This document shows, piece by piece, positions 12,720 through 25,095 of a stretch of 64,000 bases of DNA. The translations under genes and the position numbers were made by a program. Source of the DNA: Chiloscyllium plagiosum (taxonomy: Eukaryota); NCBI RefSeq assembly GCF_004010195.1, contig NC_057721.1, positions 44,719,240 through 44,783,239 of the forward strand, written 5' to 3'. The notes below the pieces were generated by a model. It had not been told where the DNA came from, made no database searches, and was given only the letters and a program-made list of their open reading frames with translations. Within the stretch, counting starts at the first letter, position 1, and each line of letters opens with the position of its first letter.

Positions 12720-14710
12720 GAAACATTAAATCCAGAACATGGTTGCAGAGTGGCTAAGTTTGGGAAATAAATAATCCAAGGTTTAGAAGTGATGGGTAGA
12801 ATGGAAAAGGAGAAGGGGTTAGAACAAATAATAAATTATGGAATATATTCAATAGAGACAAGGAATAGCTGCCCAGCATATCAAGGAGTAGATTACTTTG
12901 TGTATAGCTTAGAAGCAACAAGAGGCAAATATCCCTAATGGGAGTACTTTATAGCCTCCATGTATGCTGCCAAATGGAATATAAATCAGGAAATTAGAGG
13001 GAGACATAACCAGGGTAATAAAGAAATCATGGGCATTTTCAATCAACTTTTTAAAGATTGTAACTAACAAGTTGCTAAAGGGGAAACCAGTGAATGTATT
13101 GTGCTTGGAATTTCAAACTTCATTCAATAAAGTGGCACATAAAAGGGTAATAAAGTGGCACATAAAAAGGTAATACCAAATATTAGACTCTTAGGATAGG
13201 GTCAATAGTCCTCATTAATGAATAGTGATTCTCCCAGACTGACGATACCCAGTCCTGCGTCTGCTCAACTGTTGTTGTTATTTCTCTCGCTGGGCTTGAT
13301 CTCCACCCATTGTTTACACCTCCTCCTCCCTCCACCCCTATCTTCAACATCTATACCAACCTTTTCCTAGTACACTCAGCCCTAAAGAAGGGTCAAAATC
13401 ATTTATTGTATCTGTTGCTCCCGATGCGGTCTCCTCTACATTGGGGAGACTGGGCGCCTCCTAGCAGAGCGCTTTAGGGAACATCTCCGAGACACCCGCA
13501 CCAATCAACCAAACCGCTCCGTGGCTCAACATTTCAACTCCCCCTCCCACTCTGCTGAGGACATGGAGGTCCTGGGCCTCCTTCACCGCCGCTCCCTCAC
13601 CACCAGATGCCTGGAGGGAGAACGCCTCATCTTCCGCCTCGGAACACTTCAACCCCAGGGCATCAATGTGGACTTCAACAGCTTCCTCATTTCCCCTTCC
13701 CCCACCTCATCCTAGTTTCAAACTTCCAGCTCCGCACTGTCCCCTTGACCTGTCCGGACTTGTCCGACCTGCCTAGCTCCTTTTCCACCTATCCACTCCA
13801 CCCTCTCCTCCCTGACCTATCACCTTCATCCCCTCCCCCACTCACCTATTGTACTCTATGCTACTTTCTCCCCATCCCCACCCTCCACTAGCTTATCTCT
13901 CCACGCTTCAGGCTCTCTGCCTTTATTCCTGATGAAGGGCTTTTGCCTGAAACGTCGATTTTGCTGCTCGTCGGATGCTGCCTGAATTGCTGTGCTCTTC
14001 CAGCACCACTGATCCAGAACCTAAAGAAGGGTCACTGGACCAGAAACATTAACTCTGCTTTCTCTTATTGTACTAGCAATTTCTGTTTTTTATTTTCGAT
14101 TTCCAACATATGCAGTTCTTTGATTTTCTTTGTATAAAATGGATTGGGGATTGGCTAATGGACAAGGAACATAAAGTAGGAATAAGTGAGGCATTTTGGG
14201 GTTAGTAGGCTTTAACTAGTGTGGTCTCAGAAGGATCAGTACTTGGACAACAGTTTTATACAATCCATTGACTTCAATGAGGAGGATTTGTCATGTGCAA
14301 GAGTTAACTGATGGTACAAAAGTAAATAGAAAAGAAGCTGAGTGAAAGTCACAAGGACAATGCAAAATGATTCAGAAAATTTAGCTGATTGAATATAAAA
14401 TGGAGAAGTGTGAAGCTACCTACTTTGATGGGAGTAGAAATATTTTAAAAGGGTGAGAGACTGGTAAATGTTTGCAATCAGAGACTTGAGAATACTTGTC
14501 CATGAATCACAAAGTTGACATGCTTTAGTAAGTATTTAGAAGAAATGATTGTATGTTAGACTTTGGTATGTTATAAAGGGATTCGACTATAAGAGTAAGT
14601 AAATGTTATAATAATTATAGAGAGCAGGGCTTTGTTGAGACCACACCTGAAATATTGTATATAGTTGCAGTTTCCTTGCCTAAGGACTGACATTCCAGAG
14701 GCAGTAACAG
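12720..14710 (+). mobile_element. Old CR1 ORF2 remnant (~12720-13230 and ~14140-14710) interrupted by PLE insertions
   Basis: Degenerate endonuclease and RT motifs (VYLDF..AF.KV.H-like, GV.QGSVLG-like, RPHLEYC-like) with many stops. Confidence 0.55.
13400..14020 (+). mobile_element. PLE 3' fragment: GIY-YIG C-terminus, 3' UTR and hammerhead motif (13925-13960)
   Basis: Translates as ..CSRCGLLYIGETGRLLAERFREHL...VAQHFNSPSHSAEDMEVLGL...RLIFRLGTLQPQGINVDF. Motif ATTC-CTGATGA-AGGGCTTTTGCCT-GAAAC-GTC^GATT. Confidence 0.8.
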
Positions 14711-15158
14711 GATGTTATGGATCTGGATTGTAGAGAGGCCACCCCAAACCTTGAAGTGACTTTGGATTTTTAAAGTTGCCTTATCCTAGTCAAATTTATA
14801 ATGGTTTTAATCAGTTAAAAGTTTTAAAAATCATATCTTCTAAAATAATGGAGTATTGGCTTGTTATGGCATAAAGACAGGCAGCTGAACCAAAGCAGAG
14901 CATTGCGTATGAAATAAGCAAACTTCACGCATAAGTGCAAGCATACACACATACGTACAAGCACAATGTTAAAAGGGGATTGTGACCAGTAAGACAAAAA
15001 TAATCAATGATTTAATGAGACAAGGCTGGCTTCCTGAATGCGGTCACCAGTAGCAAATTTTGCAATTATTTTGAAATCCATCCTTCCTGGTTTGTATTCT
15101 CCATAATTGCTTCTGTGGGAACCAGGCCACTTTCTTGGAGTGAGATTGGATTCACACA

Positions 15159-15475
15159 CACATGGCATAGTGGTTAGCACAGCTGCCTCATAGCGCCAGA
15201 GACCTCGGTTCAATTCCCGCCTTAGGCAACTGTCTGTGTGGAGTTTGCACATTCTCCCTGTGTCTGCGTGGGTTTCCTCCGGGTGCTCCGGTTTCTTCCC
15301 ACAGTCCAAAAATGTGTAGGTTAGGTGAATTGGCCATGCTAAATTGCCTGTAGTGTTAGGTGAACGGGTAAATGGGTCTGGATGGGTTGCTCTTCAGAGG
15401 GTCAGTGTCGACTTGTTGGGCTGAAGGATCTGGTTCCACATTGTAAGTAATCTAATCTAATCTAATTTAATCTAA
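15159..15475 (+). mobile_element. HE1-like tRNA-derived V-SINE
   Basis: A box TGGCATAGTGG, B box GGTTCAATTCC, V core and a (TAATC)n tail. Confidence 0.9.
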
Positions 15476-17211
15476 AATTAAACTATTGAAGTGCCCCAAA
15501 GTAATCACTTCAATGTTCATAACCAGATTTACGAATAACCAAGCCCAGAGTAATTAATTTCAAGACATTGGTTTTGTGTCTCAAACAAAGGGCTTAACAA
15601 TTTATTAACTAAAAACTAACATTAGCAGAGAGAAAATTAAGCCACATGGTAAGCTGATTAACATCTGTGCTTTAAACCTAAAATGTTTGATTTCTGACCC
15701 ATTCATACGGATAGACAGACAAACAAAACAAGCACAGTTAAGGGAATGAATAAAATTACAAAATTGGCCAGATTATTTAAATGGTTTTCACAATGCATTG
15801 TTTCACAGGCATAAATGTGGACTCCTTGGCTAGTTTTCCTAAAATGTTGATCAGGATCATCTTCTCAGTTCATTCAGGCAAATACAGCAGAACAGCTAAT
15901 GCAGCTTTTGTCTCTTTGGGTTTCCAGAAGTTGCTCTGTCAGATTAGGCAGGGTTCTTCAAATCTTTATTCTGTTGTAGCTGCAGCCCAAAACCATTTCT
16001 CAGAAAACATAGTTTAAAAAACATAACTTTAATTCTCGTTCTGCCCTGATCGACTCCCTAAGGCAGTTCAACAGCTGTTATCTGTTGAACATTGGGTCTC
16101 CTTCAAACACATTGAAGTCACCTCCCAGATAGCGACCTCATTAAAGGCCAAATTGGTTTAAATGCCTTGCTCTTTCAAGGGAGGGCGAACGTGGTTGGGG
16201 TCACTGTGACTGTTAAAAACATTTTAATCAAGTCTCAATCGTCAACTCGTCTCCAGGCTTAGCCTCACAAACGAACAAAGCTTGCCTGATATTTTCTTTT
16301 ATTTCCCAAAGTCCACCAGTCATTTCCAGCTCATTATTCAAAATTCAAAGAAGAATAAAATAAATAATAATCAGCAAGGGTTTTAACAATGTACATAATC
16401 CATAAAGTTGAATTGTCTCTTCCTCAATTGATTCTTCTCAATGCATTGCCAAAATGAGTGATTTCATTTTAACGATGAAATTTGCTTCATACGAAATTTG
16501 CTTCATACAAAACTTGCATAATATTAGCACAATGCATAAATTGGTTTCCCTACTGCTTTTTTCTATCAAAATCAACAGGAGATGATATCGAGAATTTTGT
16601 ATGGCTCAAATCCTCTATTGCATGCAATAGCCTGTAAAGTAGTATGGCGATTTTTCATAAAGCAGTAAATTTACTTGCATGGATTTCATCAATGATAACC
16701 AAGAGGACGGGAAAGTAAATAAGCATGTTGCAGTTACAGACATATAAAATAGTGAGTCTGGTTACTATAGTGACTTTACATATTTTTTGCTGCTCAGTGT
16801 GTGACTTCCCCACTATGTCTGAAAATTGCTTAGCGAGGAATAGATCTGAGGTAGTTTAAGACATTTGCATTATTGGATTGAACTCTTGGCTGCCATTTTG
16901 TTTCTCCTGTTCAGTGCAACTGAGCAAAAGTTAGGACATGCCCACTGATGTCTGGTGATTATTTTGATCTCTATCACCTTGTTTGACTAATTATGGCCTG
17001 CATTCTGAAAATTATTGGTCCTGCCCTTTCGGAGAGATGCTGGTACATGGTGAAAGGAAACAACATTTTTCATGAGTATGTGAGCTGCTCATGTGAGGAT
17101 GGTGATAGAAAATGCCCTGATTCCAAGACCAAGCAGACAGCTGTCGCCAAGAGAATTGAATGCTGTTATATTTCTTGCCAGTCAATGGATAGGGAGGTGA
17201 ATTGTTCCTGA

Positions 17212-17949
17212 AACAAAAATAGAAACTGCTACAGTATTTCAGCAGGTCTGGCAGCATCTGTGGAGAGAAATCAGAGTTAACATTTTGGGTCAAGTGATCC
17301 TTCCTCATGAGAATTTGTATAGGGTATAAGCAGGTTGGGAAAGAGTTAAGTTCTGAGTTTTGTGAAACCAAGATGTTTAGCTGAGCATGACTCAGATCAG
17401 ATAAGAACTTAGTTAACAATGGGGTGCAAGGGTAATGGGTTAACAAGTGGAAAAGCAGTCATTATGTGGAGCCATTAAACAATATTGGAAGCATTCCGTA
17501 TGTAAGGTCCGTTTAACAAGGTGAAAAGTATTCATTATGTGAAGCCAGTTAAAGTTAAGAACATTCATTGTGTAACACCAGATGGCTTAATCTTTGCTAA
17601 TGACACTCGCTGATTATAACAGTCACCCAATCAATATATATGTTGCCTTATCTGGATGCTCCTTCCTGTAAAATGACTATATGATTAATTAAAAAACTGC
17701 TCTTCCAGAGAAGACTGAAAGCTCATGTCCATGTGCACATGGGCGATCATTCTCTCTCTCCCTCGAGGACCCGGAATAAAGATGGAGGTAAAATTATACT
17801 GTGTCTGAGTAGTTTCCTTTGACTGAGAGAGGAAACGGGACTACACTCAGGGCTCTGATTTCTCTCCACAGATGCTGGCAGACCTGTTGAATTTTTATAG
17901 CACTTCCTATTTTTATTTGTGATTTACAGCATCCAGTGTTCTTTCAGTT
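17212..17949. mobile_element. Fold-back PLE-tail insertion hosting a solo LTR
   Basis: Inverted arms at ~17212-17307 and ~17850-17949. 14-bp TSD TGAATTGTTCCTGA at 17198-17211 and 17950-17963. Confidence 0.75.
17308..17845 (+). mobile_element. Solo LTR (ERV- or Gypsy-type), 538 bp
   Basis: TG...CA termini with a 4-bp TSD CTCA (17304-17307, 17846-17849). Imperfect CATTATGTG repeats in the U3-like part. AATAAA at 17775-17780. Confidence 0.7.
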
Positions 17950-18185
17950 TGAATTGTTCCTGACCTGTATTCAGACAAGATACTTCCACAGCACCTTCTA
18001 GTCAGTGCAGTGTTAGGGTGTGGATGGAGTCACATTGATGAAATTCATGATTTCTGTACATATTGGGCAAGCGGGACCTGTAGGAATATGTGATTTTTGT
18101 GTATTTATGTATTTCTTGTGTCAGCTGTTTTTGTACATAGGCAAGTGAATTCTCCATAATACAATGTTAATTTGCTCACACTCAG

Positions 18186-18315
18186 GCCTCCACGTGGCTC
18201 GGCAAGACCAGCCAAGTGTATTCGTACTGGTCTGTAATGACCAAACTGGGCAGCAGACAGAGCGAGGAGGTGAATCCATTCAGGTTGGCCTCTACAGCAA
18301 GAAAAATAAAGAATG
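18186..18315 (+). CDS. TRIM45: TRIM45 coding exon 3 (filamin repeat, N-terminal part)
   Basis: CTCAG|GC...GAATG|GTGAG, 130 nt, phase 1 to 2. Encodes GLHVARQDQPSVFVLVCNDQTGQQTERGGESIQVGLYSKKNKE, a filamin-type motif. Not in the ORF track. Confidence 0.92.
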
Positions 18316-19515
18316 GTGAGCGATTTAACTGTACCGTAAATTACTGCCTGACAAAATGTAGCACGAATACTGCATAAAGTGAGTTAAGTTTGGGTTACTG
18401 AACAGCACATCCAACCCTTGGAGGAACTCTGAGGGATCCCCATGTACATCTCCTGTCTAGTTTGGAAAATTTACTGTCCAGCCATTGCACAATCTAGGCC
18501 AACGTTCTTGTATGTACTGTAGCTTACTTACCAAAGGCGCAAATCACAGATAATCCCTCAAAATGCTTCTGCTCCTGAATCCTTTGAAAACAAATTCATT
18601 GACTTTAAATGGTCAAAGTTATTTCAAGATTGTTCCTAAATCTTTAGAGTAGTTTTGAAAAAAAAAATTGCTTACCTTCCTAAACATTCCCCATAGACTA
18701 AATTTAATTATCCGCCTATGCTGATTGTACTGGCTATTCACAAAATACTTGCACTATTGGTTGATCTCATTCCAGTCTTATTTTCTTCTTCAAGCTGTTC
18801 TTGTACGTAATAATGAAGCTTTTAAAGCAAAAGAGAAACAATGCTTTCATCTCCTTTCAATGACTTGCTGTTTTCTCTGGATGTTTCTATAGATTCCTTT
18901 GTAGGAACAAGAGAAATGCAGCATTGCTACATGGGCAAAAAGGCCAAGACCCCAATTCAACTCCCACTGTTCTGATCTTGATACAATCCATGACATAATG
19001 ATGGAGTTGATGATTAATCATGACAGCTAGTTTCTATCAATTACACTATAACAGGTCCGGACCGGAGGTCAAAAAGTCTCTAGTGGAAAAACTTTCTCAA
19101 AATAAGTCCAAAGTCACCTAATTTTCTCCCAACTATGTGTGCATAATGTATGCCATGCTCCACATTACTCCTATTATGTGGGGCTTCAATGATTGAATAT
19201 ACTGATGCATTTAATTAATATAACCTTACAATTTATTGTTGGGTTATTCTGAGAAATATTGAACTGAAGTTCAAAATTCTTAAGAAATATTCCATCTTGA
19301 ATATTAAAATAGACCAGTTGCTTACATTACATTTCAGTAATGGAATGTGAGTAATCCAGATATTAGTGAAGTCATGTGGTTTCCTCTTTATTTTTCATTT
19401 TGTGCCCACCTATATTTGTATGCTTTTTAAAAGGAATATTCAATCCTAAAATAATTTAATAGTAATCCATTGTTTAACTGAATGGAAAATGGGTGAATAC
19501 TTCTATTTCATGCAG

Positions 19516-19630
19516 CAGTCTCAAGACAATACTGCACGACAATCATGATGGAACTTATCGATTTATGTACACTCCTCGAGTATCAGGCTTGTATGAGGGA
19601 TATGTCTGTGTGAAGGGACAGCATGTACAG
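19516..19630 (+). CDS. TRIM45: TRIM45 coding exon 4 (filamin repeat)
   Basis: TGCAG|CAGT...GTACAG|GTGAGT, 115 nt, phase 2 to 0. Encodes SLKTILHDNHDGTYRFMYTPRVSGLYEGYVCVKGQHVQ (DNxDGTY..YTP filamin signature). Confidence 0.94.
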
Positions 19631-20249
19631 GTGAGTGAACAAAGGATGGAGGTCACAAGAGTGTATGTTGTCTTGGCTCTTCATATCTTTTGGATCCTGG
19701 CTTGAATACAACCTTTTCAGAGAGAGTTTAAAATAGTTCCTCTGTGTCTCTAAGTGAGTGTTGTGGTTGCATCTGACCACCTAAATATACTTGCGTCTGG
19801 AAGGCATGCACATGATCATGTAAAATATACACTTCTGATATACTGTACACTTTACTCAAAAAATGCCCCTAGAATATTTAAGTAGAAGCATTGTTGTTTT
19901 GTGGTTCATTTTATGGTGTGGAGAGTGAAATATAAGGTGTTTCTTTGTTCTTATGTGGATTATTTTATTGATCTGTTTCACAGCATTGCAATCTTTGCAG
20001 TAAGTTCTCTCTTCCCATTTTTAAAAAATCAGTACATGTTGATCAAATGTTGATTTGATGTCAAAGGCATTTATATTTTTCTCACCTCTTGGGTTCAGCT
20101 GTGTTCGAGTTTGAGCTGAGTGGCCCTGATAAAACCTAAACTTGGAGTCACTATCGGGTTATTGCAATGTCAGTACAACTTGATGGCACTGTCATTGACA
20201 CTTTTCATCAGATTGTCGATGACAGAGGTAAGTTAAATGGATTGTTGAA

Positions 20250-21090
20250 GAAAGATTATCTCAGCTCTGAGACATCACTGCAGGAGTTCCTCAAGATGGT
20301 GTCCTGGACTCAATCACCTTCAGTTTCATCAATCACCTTCCCTCCATCATAAGGTCAAAAAGTGGGGATGTTTGCAAAATATGCAGCACCATTTGCAGTT
20401 CCTCAGATACGAAGCAGTTCATGTTCAAATGCAATGAAATCTGGGCAATATCCAGGCTTGGGCTGACAAGTGGCAATTAACATTCATACCACACAAGTGA
20501 CAGGCAATGATTATCTCCTATAAGGCACAATCTAACCACTGCTCCTTGACATTCAATGAGGTCACTATCTCTGAATCTTCCACTGTCAACATCCTGTGGC
20601 TTACCATTGACCAGAAACTCAACTGGACTCACCACATAAATACAGTGGCTACAAGAGCAGGTCAAATGCTAGGAATACTGTGGTGACTATCTCACCTCCT
20701 GACTCCCCAAAACCTGTCTACCATCCACAAGGCACAATTAAGGAGTGTGAGAGAATACTCTCCATCTGCCTGAATGGGTGCAGCTCCAACAGCACTCAAG
20801 AAGTTTGACACCATCCAGGACAAAGCAGCCTGCTTAATTTGCTCCATGTCCACAAGTATCTACTTCCTCCACCACCGACATTCAGTAGCAGCAGTGAGTA
20901 CTAGCAATATTAGAAATTCACCAAAGGTCCTTATACAGTACCTCCCAAGCCCATGACCATGTCCACCTAGAAGGACAAGGGAAGCAGATACATGGGGCAA
21001 TCACCTGCAAATAACCCTCCAAAACATTCACCATCCTGACTTGGAAATATTTGCCTCTCCTTCATTGTGGCTGGGTCAAAATCCTGGAAC
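20250..21090 (+). mobile_element. Degraded LINE (CR1/L2-group) 3' fragment; a related fragment lies at ~110-280 on the minus strand
   Basis: GVPQ-like RT motif and RT C-terminal KFDTIQDKAACLI. The same sequence recurs reverse-complemented at the window start. Confidence 0.65.
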
Positions 21091-23684
21091 TATAGCCTTC
21101 TATCATAGGTAAAGTCAACAAGATATTTCCCCAGGTACTGACCCTTCTGGGATGTGCTTAAGTTCTCTGGTGGAAGGGGGAGGGGTCTAATGTCAGAGTA
21201 TGGGAGTGTGAGGGAAGCGAAGCTCCTGGACAACCAGTCAGAAATACCATTCCTTTTCTTGGTGCACTTTCCAGAATCACTGCAGCAGTCTCCTTAACAT
21301 ACTTGGCATTTGGTTAAATATGTTTCAGAACTCTGCAACTTCCATTTCTAATTCCTCGTGACTTTCTATAAGTGCCTCACATTTGTTCCATAGCTGGTCA
21401 CTGATTTAAGGACTTTCCACAATTTGCACCATATGCCCTCCTGTTCCATTCACTGATTCTTCAAAAGCTAACAAGACAGAAATTTTTCCTTTGAACTGTT
21501 CAAGATATGAATTTGCTGTTGGACAGCATTTATCAAATTATACAGACTGTGCTATGAATTACACCAGGAGCCCTTTAAAATGATCAGCTGACCTCGTAAC
21601 ATGATTCATTTCTGTGCGATGTAACCAACATGTATTAACGGACAGAATGCTATCCTATGTAGGCAAAATGATTTTACATATACATTGCTACTTCTTAATT
21701 GGCTTTAGCGGAATGGTGCCTGCCAATTTCTGTAGCACTCCCATAGCAAGACCCTGACAAATCAGAGTCTACCTGCTTGTTTTAAAAATGAACAGAGCCA
21801 GTTAACTGTTCATGCTGCATCTTCATGCCAACAACCAATTGGAATCCTTTCTCAAGCTATAGAAATTAGTGTTCTGCTTTCTTGTTTCCAAGTCGCAAGG
21901 AATGCAAGACAAAAAAACTTCACCTCTTGTCTCCTTTCAGCAAGGTATAAGTTCTGTAATACCAAGCAATTATTCACTCATTCCAATCACCAGCTGATCA
22001 TGAGTAGAGTTATAATATCTACAAGGTGCACAACAGCAATTCAGAAAGATCTCTGACAGCGTATTTCAAATTGATGACTTCTAGTGCCTAGCACAACAAG
22101 AACAATAGGTACACGGGAACACCACACCTGAAGTTCCCATCCAAGTCACACACTTCGCTGATTTTTAAACATATCACTGTGTTCTTCCATCATTGCTGTG
22201 TCCAAATCCTAACTTTTCCCTAGTGTTGTGTGTGTGTGCCTACTTTCTAAAGCACAATCAGTGATTGGTAGTGTGGTCCACATTCTATAAATTAATCAAT
22301 AAAAGTAATTTCGAACTCCAACAATCCATTAGTATTTTAAGAAGCTACATGAAAAACATGCTTTGACAACCTGTCAGAAGTGAGGTGCAATTCCCTGTTA
22401 CTCAGGCTAATTCCAGAAGGCATTTACTGCAGAGGTGATTTATCAACAATACTGTGCAGTTTGTATAAAATCTAATCATTCTTTCTACATCCCTACTTAC
22501 CTCTAATTATCTGCCCATTTTGATCTTTCACTATTTTAAGTTTGTAAGACTCATTTGGTTTTCTTATCTTCTGCTAATAACCCTTGTGTTTAATTTACTT
22601 TGGTGCACAATAAAAGTAGCTAAATTTAGACTTAATTGCAAAATGCCAGCAACAAACAATGAAGAAATGAACAAACAATATAATGCAATAAGAAGAGTCA
22701 AACCTGGATCAACTCAATCAGTTGGATCTTTAGAAATTCAAGATTTCAAGAACACTGCAACCCAAAATTATCTCTTTTCCATTCATGAGCTTTGTCACAG
22801 AAGCAAGGACCCACAAACATTATGGATTTGGTATAGCACCTCATTTTGAAGAAAAATTGCCGGCTGTTAATTTTAAGAAGGTGTGCGCATAATCTTTATC
22901 CCACTCAAGTGTATAATTTAACTGGGCATTTTGCAAAGCAGAAATTCTGCTTTGGCTAATTCTATGAAGCATTTATGTAAAACTGTTTCGTTTCTTTCTT
23001 GCAAAGGGAATGCTAAGGGTGATCTTGAAATGTTTTGAAATCTTTGAGAGAGTTGTAAGGATTGGAAAATAATAGTCAGAGCATTCAATATTTATTCCCC
23101 TGCTTTTCTTAGCAATCTGGCATACATCTCATCCAGGGCTGGTGATTAAATCTACTTTCAAAGACTGTAAACATCTTAATATTTCATCCCTCTCTTGTTT
23201 ATCACATTCAATGTTTCATATTCCTCCTCATTGATGACCGTGTTAAGATCATTCCCCTCTTGGCAAGATAGATATAAACATGCCTCAATTTTTCACCACC
23301 TCACACCAGTTACCATTTTAGGCTCTAATAGATCCTACACTTTTTTTCCTTGTCATCACCTGGTTTTTGTATTTACAAATATCATTGGATTTTACTTGCC
23401 AATATTATCTCATTCCCTTTTTTTCTAATATTTTTAAAAACATTTCAACTTTTATAGCTGCTATACTCCTGTCAGGCTTTCTGCACTGTTGAGTTCTCAG
23501 CATCTGACATAAGCTTCAATTTTTTTCCTCTTATCTTACCTTGCATACTCATGGATTGTCCAAGGGTCCTCAATTTGAGAGTCTCAGCTTTTATCTTTGA
23601 GAACATATTTGCTCGAAACCTTCAGTCTTTATCTTGAATGTCACCCACTGCTCTTAACACTTTCAATTTGTTGTTTTTCAACTA

Positions 23685-24020
23685 GAGTCATAGAGATGTA
23701 CAGCACGGAAACAGAACTTCACTCCAACCCATCCATGCCGACCAGATATCCCAACGCAATCTAGTCCCACCTGCCAGCACCCAGCCCATATCCCTCCAAA
23801 CTCTTCCTATTCATATACCCATCAAGATGCCTTTTAAATGTTGCAATTGTACCAGCCTCCACCACATCCTCTGGCAACTCATTCTACACATGGACCACCC
23901 TCTGCGTGAAAATGTTGCCCCTTAGGTCTCTTTTATGTCTTTCCCCTCTCACCCGAAACCTATGCCCTCTAGTTCTGGACTCCCCAACCCCAGAGAAAAG
24001 GCTTTGTCTATTTATCCTCT
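23685..24020 (-). mobile_element. CR1 LINE 3' end
   Basis: Reverse complement is nearly identical to 28200-28533. Confidence 0.85.
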
Positions 24021-24519
24021 CCATCTTAGCTTCGTAAAATTGGCCTTGTGCCAATGGACAAGTCTTTTTGCTGGATCAACAAATGTTTTGATAATAAATG
24101 AATTATGGTTATTACCAATAAATACTTTTAAGCTAATACACCTTCCACTTGGCTGGCTTCCTGAAACTAACTAAGATAGGTCTCCTTGAATATATCACTG
24201 TGCACTGATTTTATTCTGGTTAGAATTGGAATGGTTGAAATCCCTGACTGACACTACCCTTTTGCCTTTTATGATGTTGTTTGATAAAAAAGAAGAACAG
24301 GAGAAAGCTTGAGCAGAGCATAAATGGAGCATGGACTGCTTGTGCTGAATGTCCCATTTCCGTGCCATATTCTTTGTGTAATTCTAATGTTTCTTGGTGT
24401 ACTCTATGAACAAACCATTGCAAAATTTGTCCCTATGTTTTAGAAAGGGGTATTTTTCTCCCTTGTGGACTAATTCAATGCAATCTTACTTTGTATTTTT
24501 CCAGATCTCTGATTTACAA

Positions 24520-25095
24520 GTCCCAGGGTCATATGGCATGGAAACAGGCCCCTCAGTCCATCAGTCTGTACCAAGCTTGTTCCCAAACTAAACTAGTCTT
24601 GTCTGCTTGTGCTTGGCCCATATTCCTCCAAACCTTTCCTATTCATGAATTTATTCAAGTGTCTTTTAAATCATGTAAATATACCTGCATCCACCAGATT
24701 CTCTGACAGTTCATTCCACACATGAACTACTCTGTGTAAAAAAAAAAAAATTGTCCTCATATCATTTTTAAATCTTTCTCTCCTCAGCTTAAAAATATGC
24801 CCCTAGTTTTGAACTCCCCTCCCCTAGGGAAAAGACCCTTGTCGTTCACCTTATCTATGCCCCTCATGATTTTATAAACATCAAGGTCACTCCCTCAACC
24901 TCCTACACTCCTGTGAAAAAAATCTTTCCAGTTTATTTTTCTATCTCAAACTCTCCATTTCCTGCAACATCCTGGTGAATCTTTTCTGAACCCTCTCGGG
25001 TTAATAATATCCTTCCTATAACGGGGTTACCAGAACTGTATACAGTACTCCAGAAGAGGCCTCACCACTGTCCTATACAGTCTCAACATGATGAC
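24520..25095 (-). mobile_element. CR1 LINE 3' fragment
   Basis: Reverse complement matches the CR1 RT C-terminus (RPLLEYCIQFW, RVQKRFTRML). Confidence 0.8.

Noticed and set aside
13125-13172. Short tandem duplications (24 bp here; 16 bp at ~16478-16510)
   Set aside because: Two-copy local slippage duplications, not arrays or CRISPR-like structures.
15004-15309. Recurrent MDCGRKPEHPEETHADTGRMCKLHT ORFs (also 28608, 35334, 36071, 46353) and MPETSILL ORFs
   Set aside because: Chance reading frames of the V-SINE and PLE-tail repeats, not a gene family.
14713-16388. Possible long LTR (TGTTA...TAACA) containing a SINE
   Set aside because: No target-site duplication and no second copy in the window, so it cannot be supported.
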